NCBI GenBank assembly: GCA_016185125.1
Contig: JACPOC010000025.1
Location: 222,773-286,772 of the forward strand
Reading direction: 5' to 3'
Length of the DNA stretch: 64,000 nt
From: Bacteroidota bacterium
GTDB taxonomy: Bacteria > Bacteroidota > Bacteroidia > B-17B0 > Aurantibacillaceae
The notes beneath the pieces are model-generated. The model was not told where the DNA came from and ran no database searches. It worked only from the letters and a program-made list of their open reading frames with translations. A program made the position numbers and the translations under genes. Below, in pieces: positions 51,066 to 60,420 of the stretch; position 1 is the stretch's first letter; each line of letters begins with the position of its first letter.

Positions 51066-53075
51066 TTATTCAAGTAAATAAACATATCCTTTAACCTCCT
51101 GATATTCTCCTCTCGAATTTTTGTAACGTATCAGGTAAACGTAAACATCAGGCGTTGCATTGGCACCATCCCAGCCTTTGGTATCGTCATTAGCTTCAAA
51201 AACTTTACTGCCCCAACGATTAAACACGCTTACACTGTACTCCGTTTTATCAATAAAATGAGTAACAGGCAGCCATATTCTGTTTTTACCTTTTGGGGTG
51301 AAAGCATTAGGCACAAACAGTTTTCCTTCAATATAAACCGGAACTGTATTAGAAGTGCTTCGCTCTAAAAAACCATAGGTATCGCCAAGCCCTTCTACCG
51401 CTTCTACTAAATATTCAATATCAGAACCATTGGGAGCTTCTTCTTCCAGCACATCTGTAAACAAAGTATCGCCGGTTCCTGTAAAACCAATTGGTGTAAC
51501 TGATTTAACTTTATTAATAATTCTGTAAATACTGTAACCGCTAACGCCGCCAATATATCCTTTATAATCCGTCCAGCTTAAATACCTTGTAAAAATCTGT
51601 TCGGTATCGGCTTTTACTTTTAAATGAATGGTTTTGGTAATATTGCTAACCGTTCTGGAATTACCGCAACTGTCGCGCACAATGGCTTTATAATAATAAC
51701 TGTAATTTTTCGAGTCGGCATTATCATCCGTAAAAGAATAATAAGGGGTTCCCGCATAAGGCACAAAGCCAATATTAGTATAATTGATGCCATTGGTAGA
51801 ACGCCAGATATCAAGCCCTACACTTGCTTTAGAAGTATCCATAAAAACGGTTACAAGATTTTGAGTGTTGCTTACAACGGTTGCATTGCGAATGTAAACA
51901 AACCCGGCAGCGGGCACCTGATTGGTTAAAAAACACACTCTGTTGGAAGAAGCTGTAATATTTTTAGCAGTATTAATAACTCTTATAAAATAGCAAACGT
52001 TTTGGCCGGGTGGCACATTGTTGTGTGTAAAAGAAGTTTGTGTAGTAGAACCAATATTAAGAAACGCGCCGCCATTTACCGAATAATAAATGCGGTATTC
52101 GAGTACGCCGCCTTTCATTCCTTTATAAGCGTTCCACGAAAGATCGGTTTTGTAGCCGCATTTATCGTAGATTTTTTTTAGGAACATGGTTGTGGGCTGA
52201 ATATCAAAGCCGCCGAGTTTTTTACAGCTGTCGAGGGCGGCCACGTAAATAGAAAGCGGACTAAAAGTAGCAATGCTTGTGGTAAAGGTATAAAAGGTGC
52301 TAGGTCTTCCGTTAACACTGTCAATGGCGGTATTAATTCCGCTGATACTTTGGTAGATTCTGTATTTTACAATATCTAAATCGCGCGGAATCTGCCAAGC
52401 CAAAACGGTTTGACCATTTGGTAACACACTAATAGAGTCAATAAAAGGAGTATTCGGACTTTTTTTATCACTATAAACTCCGCCTTGAAGGTTGGATGTT
52501 GATACACAGCCGCTATTATCCTTTAAAGTAATCTGATAATTAATGCTTGCCGAACAAACACTCAGTGTATCGGCATAATTTATTTGGGAGCTTGTACCAA
52601 AAATATTCCAAATGCCTAAAGGATACTCTTTATTAATGGTGAAAGTAGAAGCACTCGAATTTAATTTAGGTTGATGAATGTTGTTATATTGCAATTTCAG
52701 ATCAGGAATAGCCGATACCAGATTTAAAAAAATAGAACGCAGCGTATCAGACGAGGGCGATAAAGAAGTGCCCCCGCTGCCGTATTTACTGATGATATAA
52801 TAATACCTGCTTTGAATATTTCCCCCTGCACCGGTATGGGTAAAACTATTGGTTGATATTAAAGGAATAACCGCAATACTGTTATACGGCCCTGCAGATG
52901 AAATAGATGAAAATATTTCGTATGCTGCAAAAGTGCTGCCCGTATTAACTGCCGGAATCCATGTTAATCCAATATCTCCATTAGGCAAAACCTGAAGGCA
53001 CTTTAAAAGCGGAGCCGAAACCTGAGAAAACAGTTTAGCCGTGCTTAAAAATAATATGAATAGAATGACCCTCAT
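51066..53075 (-). CDS. large secreted protein with T9SS type B (gliding-motility-associated) C-terminal domain
   Basis: Signal peptide, repeated Ig/FN3-like segments, and the tail 'VPNAFTPKG...FNRWGSKVFE...GWDG...DVYVYLI'. Confidence 0.8.
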   Translation of the reverse strand: MRVILFILFLSTAKLFSQVSAPLLKCLQVLPNGDIGLTWIPAVNTGSTFAAYEIFSSISSAGPYNSIAVIPLISTNSFTHTGAGGNIQSRYYYIISKYGSGGTSLSPSSDTLRSIFLNLVSAIPDLKLQYNNIHQPKLNSSASTFTINKEYPLGIWNIFGTSSQINYADTLSVCSASINYQITLKDNSGCVSTSNLQGGVYSDKKSPNTPFIDSISVLPNGQTVLAWQIPRDLDIVKYRIYQSISGINTAIDSVNGRPSTFYTFTTSIATFSPLSIYVAALDSCKKLGGFDIQPTTMFLKKIYDKCGYKTDLSWNAYKGMKGGVLEYRIYYSVNGGAFLNIGSTTQTSFTHNNVPPGQNVCYFIRVINTAKNITASSNRVCFLTNQVPAAGFVYIRNATVVSNTQNLVTVFMDTSKASVGLDIWRSTNGINYTNIGFVPYAGTPYYSFTDDNADSKNYSYYYKAIVRDSCGNSRTVSNITKTIHLKVKADTEQIFTRYLSWTDYKGYIGGVSGYSIYRIINKVKSVTPIGFTGTGDTLFTDVLEEEAPNGSDIEYLVEAVEGLGDTYGFLERSTSNTVPVYIEGKLFVPNAFTPKGKNRIWLPVTHFIDKTEYSVSVFNRWGSKVFEANDDTKGWDGANATPDVYVYLIRYKNSRGEYQEVKGYVYLLE

Positions 53076-53246
53076 GTGGTTACAACGTATAAAGTTACGT
53101 TTTATTATGCTAAATGCGTTTCAAATACTGGTTTTAAAAAAGGGTTTGTGACATTTTGATGTTGAAATCTTTACGGTAAATAGTAGTTTAAAACAGCCTG
53201 AAAGCAATCCCTTTTAAGTTTTTTTGGTTAATATTGTAATACCTTT

Positions 53247-53642
53247 TTGAAAAGAATTTTATTTATAGTTGCTCTTATTTTGGGACTTGGAATTTCTAAT
53301 AATTCTTACGCTCAAGCCGGTGGTCGTAAAAAAGAACATAGAAATCAGCGCAGAAGCGGCGGCTTATTTAAAAGAACCCGCAGCGCCGGCAATGCAGATA
53401 GATTTGCAAAAGGTGCAGGGCGTAAAGGTGTGTTTGCACGTTTATTTAAAAAAGATCGTCCGGCCTGGACCTATCACGCCACTAATCCCGGAAAAAAACA
53501 AAACAGGGAGCAGCGCCAATTATTCAGCAGATTTAGAACCAAAGGTAAAAGATATAAAGACGGAATCCAGGCCAAACAAAACTCTGACCGTTCACGAAGA
53601 CGCGTAAGAGGCAACAGTACTTTTAATCATAAAAAATATTAA
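53247..53642 (+). CDS. small, extremely basic secreted protein
   Basis: TTG start and signal peptide 'MKRILFIVALILGLGISNNSYAQA'. The mature part has 35 Arg/Lys in 107 residues by my count. Confidence 0.5.
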   Translation: MKRILFIVALILGLGISNNSYAQAGGRKKEHRNQRRSGGLFKRTRSAGNADRFAKGAGRKGVFARLFKKDRPAWTYHATNPGKKQNREQRQLFSRFRTKGKRYKDGIQAKQNSDRSRRRVRGNSTFNHKKY

Positions 53643-53669
53643 TCCCGTAAAAACCCACGGGATTTTTTA
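53642..53669 (+). terminator. intrinsic terminator after the basic-protein gene
   Basis: ATCCCGT/ACGGGAT stem followed by TTTTTT. Confidence 0.7.
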
Positions 53670-53675
53670 TTTTTG
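53668..53675 (+). promoter_or_regulatory. candidate -7 box TATTTTTG
   Basis: Matches TAnnTTTG and lies 15 nt upstream of the purD ATG at 53691. Confidence 0.35.
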
Positions 53676-53690
53676 CGTTTTACTATTATT

Positions 53691-54983
53691 ATGAATGTAT
53701 TAATTTTAGGTTCAGGGGGTCGCGAACACGCCTTTGCATGGAAAATTGCTCAAAGCAAACAACTTCAAAACTTATACATTGCCCCCGGAAACGCCGGAAC
53801 TGCACATTGCGGCATCAATGTAAACATCAGCGTTACTGATTTTGAAGCCATCAAAAATCTGGTGTGGGAACGCGATATTGATTTGGTGCTTGTAGGTCCT
53901 GAAGATCCTTTGGTAAAAGGTATTCATGATTTTTTTTTGCAGGACGATGTGCTGAAAGATATTCCGGTGATAGGGCCTAAAAAAGACGGCGCACAACTGG
54001 AAGGCAGCAAAGATTTCAGCAAGCAGTTTATGCAAAAATATAAAGTGCCTACAGCTAAATATGCAACGTTCAGCAAAAAAAACATAGAGGAAGGCTATAC
54101 TTTTCTTGAAAGTTTAAACGCCCCCTATGTTTTAAAAGCAGATGGATTAGCGGCAGGAAAAGGCGTTTTAATATTGGATAAACTTCAGGAAGCAAAAAAA
54201 GAATTAAAGAGTATGTTGCTGGACGCGAAATTTGGTGCGGCCGGTTCAAAAGTAGTTATTGAAGAATTTTTACATGGTATTGAATTATCGGTATTTGTAT
54301 TAACCGATGGCAGATCTTATAAAATTTTACCGGCCGCTAAAGATTATAAACGCATTGGCGAAGGAGATACCGGATTAAATACCGGTGGCATGGGCGCGGT
54401 AAGTCCTGTGCCTTTTGCCGATGAAGTTTTTATAAAAAAGGTAGAAGAGCGGGTAATTATTCCCACCATTAAAGGCTTAAACGCTGAAGGAATTGATTAC
54501 CGCGGATTTATTTTTATTGGTTTGATGAATTGTGATGGCGACCCGCAGGTTATTGAATACAACTGCAGAATGGGAGATCCGGAAACAGAAGTGGTGATAC
54601 CCAGAATAGAATCAGATTTTTTAGATTTGCTGGAAGGCGTTGCAAAACAAACGTTGCATGAAAAAGCATACACCACACTTAATCAAACAGCAACCACCGT
54701 GGTAATGGTAAGCGGCGGCTATCCCGGAGATTACGCAAAAGGAAAAACGGTAAAAGGATTAGAACAAGTGAAAGATTCGCTGGTGTTTCATTCGGGAACC
54801 AGCCTGCAAAAGGAGGAAGTAGTTACTAACGGAGGGAGGGTATTTGCCGTAACTTCCTTGGGAAAAACAATAGAAGAAGCGGTTAATAAGAGTTTTTTAG
54901 CTGCCGAAATGATAAGTTATGAAGGAAGTTATTACCGGAAAGACATTGGAAAAGACCTTATTAACTCCAAGGAAAAAACATAA
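53691..54983 (+). CDS. purD: phosphoribosylamine--glycine ligase
   Basis: Started at 'MNVLILGSGGREHAFAWK'. ATP-grasp motifs 'KADGLAAGKGV' and 'EYNCRMGDPE'. Confidence 0.93.
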   Translation: MNVLILGSGGREHAFAWKIAQSKQLQNLYIAPGNAGTAHCGINVNISVTDFEAIKNLVWERDIDLVLVGPEDPLVKGIHDFFLQDDVLKDIPVIGPKKDGAQLEGSKDFSKQFMQKYKVPTAKYATFSKKNIEEGYTFLESLNAPYVLKADGLAAGKGVLILDKLQEAKKELKSMLLDAKFGAAGSKVVIEEFLHGIELSVFVLTDGRSYKILPAAKDYKRIGEGDTGLNTGGMGAVSPVPFADEVFIKKVEERVIIPTIKGLNAEGIDYRGFIFIGLMNCDGDPQVIEYNCRMGDPETEVVIPRIESDFLDLLEGVAKQTLHEKAYTTLNQTATTVVMVSGGYPGDYAKGKTVKGLEQVKDSLVFHSGTSLQKEEVVTNGGRVFAVTSLGKTIEEAVNKSFLAAEMISYEGSYYRKDIGKDLINSKEKT

Positions 54984-55141
54984 AATCTATGCTTATAAAA
55001 ATGGTTTTCATTGGTAAAAAAGAAGATATTTTATTTATAAGCGGCGAAAAATTAATATTTTACCACTCTTACTAACTTTTCTATCTTAATAAATATTCAA
55101 CAAACTGTTGATATTTATTACCATGTACACAGAAAAAATTA

Positions 55142-55149
55142 TAGATTTG
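55142..55149 (+). promoter_or_regulatory. candidate -7 box TAGATTTG
   Basis: Matches TAnnTTTG and lies 27 nt upstream of the ATG at 55177. Confidence 0.35.
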
Positions 55150-55176
55150 TTTAATTAATAATTAAAAAAAATTCTA

Positions 55177-55569
55177 ATGGCAAAAAAAGCAACTAAGAAA
55201 ACGGCAAAAAAAGCAGCCCCAAAAAAAGCAACTGCAAAAAAGTCCGCTAAAAAAGCAGCTCCAAAAAAAGCAGCAAAAAAATCAGCTCCAAAAAAAGCAG
55301 CTGCTAAAAAAGTAAAACGCACGCCTAACGCTGCCTTTATGAAAGCGATGACGCCAAGTTCAGCTTTAGCACTTGTAATTGGTAACAAAGCGGTACCTAG
55401 AACAGAAGTTGTAAAAAAACTTTGGGTGTACATTAAAAAGAATGATTTACAAGATCCAAAAAACAAAAGAATGATTAATGCTGATACTAACCTTAAAGCA
55501 ATTTTTGGTGGTAAAGCACAAGTGTCTATGTTCGACATGGCAAAATTTCTTTCTAAGCACTTAAGTTAA
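55177..55569 (+). CDS. SWIB/MDM2 domain protein with N-terminal Lys/Ala-rich histone-H1-like tail
   Basis: The N-terminal ~45 aa consist of 'KKA(A/T)PKK'-type repeats. The C-terminal part, 'MTPSSALALVIGNKAVPRTEVVKKLWVYIKKNDLQDPKNKRMI...LKAIFG', matches the SWIB fold signature. Confidence 0.8.
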   Translation: MAKKATKKTAKKAAPKKATAKKSAKKAAPKKAAKKSAPKKAAAKKVKRTPNAAFMKAMTPSSALALVIGNKAVPRTEVVKKLWVYIKKNDLQDPKNKRMINADTNLKAIFGGKAQVSMFDMAKFLSKHLS

Positions 55570-55602
55570 TCTATTCTTTAAACAGAATTTTTTAAAAGTC
55601 CG

Positions 55603-55634
55603 GCTTTTCTCAAGGCCGGACTTTTTATTTCAAA
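55603..55634 (+). terminator. intrinsic terminator of the SWIB gene
   Basis: GTCCGGC/GCCGGAC stem followed by TTTTT. Confidence 0.75.
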
Positions 55635-55855
55635 TAATTCTGCTTCTGTCTGTTTTTTATTACTAAAAATAGGATAACAAATATTTGCAAAGGAAATTTT
55701 TTGAATTCATTTAGTTAATTCGTAACTTTAATATTGAAGGGCGAGCAAAAAAATTATACCGATTTCTGAAGAAGAAAGCTTCGTATTCATTTATCACGGA
55801 GTTACACCGAAAGATTTTTTGAGCTTGAAAAAAAAAAGAAACCTAAGTAAATAAC

Positions 55856-58234
55856 TTACTTCCCACAGCTTTCGTTAAACACTTTTTTTACTTCCGGATT
55901 TTCAAGCACCTGAAAAGTCATATAAGGTTCGCCAAACAATTTACAATAACGCGCGGGGTTTTTATTCTTTGCCATTTCTAATGCGCGGGCAAACGTACGG
56001 GAATAATATTTTTCGGGGATACGGCTTGCCGAAGCAATGTACATAAATATTAAATTTTCCTGCACATCGGCTTTGTTTAAATAAGGTTCTAATACCGTAG
56101 AGGCATATTTGTAATCTTTTGCGCGTGTAAAAACATACGACAATTTCAACGCGTTTTGCCAGCTCGCATCTTTAATTTTATAGAATGATTTTATGCGGTT
56201 AATGCAGGCTTCAATCTGTTCGTCTGCATTCTCTGAGGTATCCACGCTTTCCATTATTTTAAACTGCCACTCAATGTTTAAACCGTTCACATAATTACTG
56301 TCCAGTTTGCCATATAGCCCGTCAATAGATTGCTGAACTTGTGCCTGATGCTCAGGATTTCCGGCATTACTATCCAACTTAAGCCCACAAAATACTTTAT
56401 TGTATTGCAAAACCGGATTATTAGGTTCGAGCTTTAACAAACGTTCAAATGCCGCCGCATCATCTTCATCCACAGAATTGGAAATTTGATATTTATAGTA
56501 TATTTTATTATTAATAACCGGAACTGTTTTCGCGCTTTCTTCCAAAGCTAAACTATCGAATACGCTTTCGGGATATTTGCCCTCACCTACCCGCTTATTC
56601 ATAAACTCCATAATCTTAAAAGCCTGATGTAAATTTTCTGCTTTTAAAGATCTTTGTAAACTAACATTTGCGAATTTTTTTTCTTTTTCGCCGCTAACAT
56701 CGTAAGTAATATCCATTACAATTTGCGCAAAACGTTCCTTGGCTAAAATAGGTTCCAGTTCTTCCAATAATTTTTTATCGCTGTTAATCCGGTTAATTGC
56801 TTTACGCTTTCCAAGAGCAACAACATCTGCAAACTTTCCATCTTCATTCTCTAATAAAAATAAACCCCAGCTATCTTTGGTTTCAATGCTTGGCTGAATT
56901 TTAGTTTGTTGTTTGGATTGAAGCACCGCTAAAACGCTTTCTGCACGCTTGCGTTGTAGTTTTGCATTGGCTACAGAATCTCCTTCAATAGAGGAATAAG
57001 CATAAATATACAAGCCATCAATAATAAATTCAGGCTCATCCAGCGCTTTTATAATGGGTTGAATATCTTCGTCCTTATACTCATATTTATTTTTTTCAAA
57101 AGGAATGGTAAAATTTATAATACTGCTTTCTGATCTGGGTTCAAAAGCAGGTTTAATATTGGTACTTCCTTTAAAAGGCAAAAGACCAATAGGCGTGTTG
57201 CTTTCAATTTTTCCTGTTTCCTGATAGCCTCTGGTAATGGTTTTACAATAACGTCCATCTTGTACAACAATTAAATTTATTTCGTAAGGCCCTGTTATTT
57301 TTTTATTGAATTTTCCAAGATACACTTCAATGCCTTTTATTTTTTTCTTCTTCTTTTCTTTTGGATCGATCAATAAATTTTTTTTGAAAAAAGCGTCGCG
57401 ATAAATTACCTTTCCCATCACGCCTTTGTTGTATAAATTATTATCTACAATATTATAATCCGCATTAACGTATTGCGCCCGTTGCACAATGTCAAATGCA
57501 AGGCCGTCTTTTGGCTTTTTAAGAAGCCTTCGTAATTCCTTGCTGTTTTGGTATTTTAAAAGAATTTTATCTCCCGAAACATAAATTCCTTTTTGTAATT
57601 GATCGTAATTTCGCCAGCGTTCGCAGGTTTTACATGCTTTGTCGGGATTTTTTAGTTTTTTTGATTTGTTGTTGTAAGGAATCTCAAGATCTTTTCTGTA
57701 CATCATTCCTCCGTTTGTTATATCATAGCCGCCAAACACCGCGCTTACATATACTTTTTTTCCATCATCATCTTCGGTACAAGAAATACCCACCAATGTA
57801 TATTTTGGGTTAGTAAGAACCGCCAGATTTTTAACGTTGCTTTCCCATCGGTTACAAATAACTTTTGATACTTCTTCGGTTTTATAATTATTGCGCCCTT
57901 TGCTTATGGGTGCTTTCATGGCTATTTCCTCTCCGCGTTTTGTAGCACCGGCCTTTTTTAAATTTTTTAGAGTGTTTTTTGGTTCAATTTTATCCTTTTT
58001 AGATGAGGACATTTTATCGGTACTTATTTCAGATGCATACACAAGCATTTCACTCATCTCCAAGGTATCGAGGCCTTTGCTAACGCGAAATCTGTTAAGT
58101 TCTTTAAGTATAATTCTTGAAAGATCATCCGCCTTAAAATTTTCATCAGGCACTTCCTTTTTCTTATTTTTTTTTTGGGAATAAAGAATCTGTGAAAATA
58201 AGATCAATATCAGAGTGAAAATTATATTCTTCAT
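55856..58234 (-). CDS. large hypothetical secreted multidomain protein
   Basis: Started at 'MKNIIFTLILILFSQILYSQ'. It has an N-terminal CAP/SCP-like stretch, a central OmpA-like motif ('YAYSSIEGDSVANAKLQRKRAESV') and a helical repeat-like C-terminus. The domain calls are tentative. Confidence 0.7.
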   Translation of the reverse strand: MKNIIFTLILILFSQILYSQKKNKKKEVPDENFKADDLSRIILKELNRFRVSKGLDTLEMSEMLVYASEISTDKMSSSKKDKIEPKNTLKNLKKAGATKRGEEIAMKAPISKGRNNYKTEEVSKVICNRWESNVKNLAVLTNPKYTLVGISCTEDDDGKKVYVSAVFGGYDITNGGMMYRKDLEIPYNNKSKKLKNPDKACKTCERWRNYDQLQKGIYVSGDKILLKYQNSKELRRLLKKPKDGLAFDIVQRAQYVNADYNIVDNNLYNKGVMGKVIYRDAFFKKNLLIDPKEKKKKKIKGIEVYLGKFNKKITGPYEINLIVVQDGRYCKTITRGYQETGKIESNTPIGLLPFKGSTNIKPAFEPRSESSIINFTIPFEKNKYEYKDEDIQPIIKALDEPEFIIDGLYIYAYSSIEGDSVANAKLQRKRAESVLAVLQSKQQTKIQPSIETKDSWGLFLLENEDGKFADVVALGKRKAINRINSDKKLLEELEPILAKERFAQIVMDITYDVSGEKEKKFANVSLQRSLKAENLHQAFKIMEFMNKRVGEGKYPESVFDSLALEESAKTVPVINNKIYYKYQISNSVDEDDAAAFERLLKLEPNNPVLQYNKVFCGLKLDSNAGNPEHQAQVQQSIDGLYGKLDSNYVNGLNIEWQFKIMESVDTSENADEQIEACINRIKSFYKIKDASWQNALKLSYVFTRAKDYKYASTVLEPYLNKADVQENLIFMYIASASRIPEKYYSRTFARALEMAKNKNPARYCKLFGEPYMTFQVLENPEVKKVFNESCGK

Positions 58235-58369
58235 ATTAACAACCTCAAAATAAATATAATACAATATTAAACGTATTTATGTTATGAACAGCTTTTAACA
58301 AAATTTGATACAATGCAACTCTTAAATTCGATTAAAACCATTGTTTTATTTGTAAATTTACAGTTCCCA

Positions 58370-58588
58370 ATGAAAGAAATTTTCTGGACCATCATTATCA
58401 TCTGGCTTGTTTATCAATTGATGAACATTTTTAAAAGTATGGGGAATATTAAAAAATTTTCTTCTCCATCGCACAGCAGTCGTGATTTAAAAAATACAAG
58501 TTCCGACAGTAAAAAAGATGTGAAAACAGCTATCAAAAAGCATGCGGATAAGGAAGGTGAATTTGTAGACTACGAAGAGATAAAATAA
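58370..58588 (+). CDS. small membrane protein (DUF4834-like)
   Basis: Started at 'MKEIFWTIIIIWLVYQL'. One TM and an acidic C-terminus 'EGEFVDYEEIK'. Confidence 0.5.
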   Translation: MKEIFWTIIIIWLVYQLMNIFKSMGNIKKFSSPSHSSRDLKNTSSDSKKDVKTAIKKHADKEGEFVDYEEIK

Positions 58589-58687
58589 CCTGTTATTTTT
58601 AGCTAAAATTGTTGCAATATTTACTAAAAGAATCCTTTTTTAAGACATTTAAGACTACCTTTGGCCAACATCAATTATCTCAATATA

Positions 58688-60148
58688 ATGGAAACACTGG
58701 AAAAAATAAATCAGGACTACGAAACCCAACTTAACGATTGGATTGAACAGGAAAAAGCCGCCCTTGACCTTATAAATGCCGTTGGGAAATTATGGTTCGA
58801 GAAATCAATTGAACTTATTTTATTCCGCAACCAATTGGTTGACCGCAGCGCCAGCGAAATTATGAATCTGCATGTGTATGCCAAGAACATTGTAAAAAAA
58901 CCTATTACCATTTACGATACGGTAGCTTTAGCCACTGAAATTTTAAAATCGAAAGTGGGACCCGGCCGAATTGATATTGGTAAACTAGCTTTTGAATGGC
59001 ACGCGGAAGAATCAAAATACAAAAACAAATCTGATTTCATTAATGATAAATTAAAAGGTTTGATGGGTGGAAGCTCCACTATTGTTCCAAAAGACGTTGT
59101 GTTATTTGGCTTTGGCCGTATTGGGCGTTTAGCCGCGCGCGAATTAATTAATTTGGCAGGCAAAGGTGAGCAATTGCGTTTAAAGGCCATTGTTACACGC
59201 GGCAACGGCAACGAAGAAATTGTTAAGCGTGCCGATCTTTTAAGAACAGACTCTGTTCACGGGCCTTTTCCCGGAACGGTGATAGAAGATTTGGAAAATA
59301 AAGCCCTGATCATTAACGGACATACCGTTCACATGATCGACGCTAAAAATCCTGAAGATGTTGATTATACGCTTTACGGTATTCATAATGCGCTTTTAAT
59401 TGATAATACCGGTGTTTACAGAGACAAAGCGGAATTAAGCCGTCACTTAAAAGCTAAAGGAATTTCAAAAGTATTATTAACCGCGCCTGCAAAAGATATT
59501 CCAAATATTGTACATGGAATTAATCACGAAACGATAGACCTTAAGACCGAACATATTTTTTCGGCTGCAAGTTGCACCACTAATGCCATTATGCCCATTC
59601 TTTATGTAATTGATAAAGAATTAGGAATTGAAAAAGGCCATATTGAAACAGTTCACTCCTACACCAACGATCAGAACTTACTGGATAATTACCATAAAAA
59701 ACACCGTCGTGGACGTTCAGCGGCTTTAAACATGGTAATTACTGAAACCGGTGCCGAAAGTGCTTTAAAAAAGGTTCTGCCTCACCTTAGCGGTAAATTT
59801 ACTGCCAACTCCGTAAGGGTACCAACGCCAAACGTTAGTTTAGCCATCCTTAATATTAATATCGGCAAAAAAGTTACTAAGGATGAAGTAAATGAAATTA
59901 TTAAACGTTATGCCTTAGAAGGAAATCTGGTTGAGCAGATACAATATGCTTTAAGCAATGAATTAGTTAGTACGGATGTAATAGGTAATCCATGCCCGAG
60001 TGTGTTCGACAGTCAAAATACCATTATTGCGCCTGACGGAAGAAGTATTGTGCTTTACGTTTGGTATGATAACGAGTATGGATATACCCGTCAGGTAATC
60101 CGTTTCAGCAAGCACATTAGCGAAGTAAGAAGACCGGTTTATTATTAG
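58688..60148 (+). CDS. gap: glyceraldehyde-3-phosphate dehydrogenase, long form with ~140-aa N-terminal extension
   Basis: Motifs 'VVLFGFGRIGRLAAR', active site 'SAASCTTNA', and 'WYDNEYGY'. The Rossmann motif only begins around residue 145 of the ORF. Confidence 0.9.
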   Translation: METLEKINQDYETQLNDWIEQEKAALDLINAVGKLWFEKSIELILFRNQLVDRSASEIMNLHVYAKNIVKKPITIYDTVALATEILKSKVGPGRIDIGKLAFEWHAEESKYKNKSDFINDKLKGLMGGSSTIVPKDVVLFGFGRIGRLAARELINLAGKGEQLRLKAIVTRGNGNEEIVKRADLLRTDSVHGPFPGTVIEDLENKALIINGHTVHMIDAKNPEDVDYTLYGIHNALLIDNTGVYRDKAELSRHLKAKGISKVLLTAPAKDIPNIVHGINHETIDLKTEHIFSAASCTTNAIMPILYVIDKELGIEKGHIETVHSYTNDQNLLDNYHKKHRRGRSAALNMVITETGAESALKKVLPHLSGKFTANSVRVPTPNVSLAILNINIGKKVTKDEVNEIIKRYALEGNLVEQIQYALSNELVSTDVIGNPCPSVFDSQNTIIAPDGRSIVLYVWYDNEYGYTRQVIRFSKHISEVRRPVYY

Positions 60149-60172
60149 ATTTATATAAAACCAATAAAAAAA

Positions 60173-60204
60173 GGGAAAGCCAGTTTGGTTTTCCCTTTTT
60201 TTAA
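60173..60204 (+). terminator. intrinsic terminator of gap
   Basis: About 11-bp stem AAGGGAAAGCC/GGTTTTCCCTT followed by a T run. Confidence 0.8.
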
Positions 60205-60420
60205 GAAATTTTGATTGCTTTTATTTAGTCAATTTATTTCTCAAGGAAATAATCTTTGATGAAATGGATTTGAATTTTTCTTCGGTTAATTCTTTAGGCT
60301 GTTTAACAGCTGTAATTTCATTATGAATAGGTTTAATATTAGAAACGATTATAAAAAGTTAAAAGTTTAGGTTATCTTTAAAATAACCTTTGTAATTATT
60401 AAATTAGCCTTTTTTTAATA

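Noticed and set aside
53269-53607. 112-aa ORF overlapping the basic-protein gene as an alternative gene call
   Set aside because: It has no signal peptide or recognisable features, whereas the other frame has a signal peptide and runs up to the terminator. It is kept only as a note in the corresponding finding.
55155-55538. 127-aa Phe/Ala-rich ORF antisense to the SWIB gene
   Set aside because: It is the mirror image of the AAA/GCN Lys/Ala repeats (TTT/NGC on the other strand) and has no independent signals. The sense frame carries a recognisable domain, a promoter box and a terminator.
60205-60335. Minus-strand reading frame ending '...NEITAVKQPKELTEEKFKSISSKIISLRNKLTK'
   Set aside because: It is protein-like but only about 40 codons between stops and has no ATG/GTG/TTG start. 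At most it is a gene remnant.
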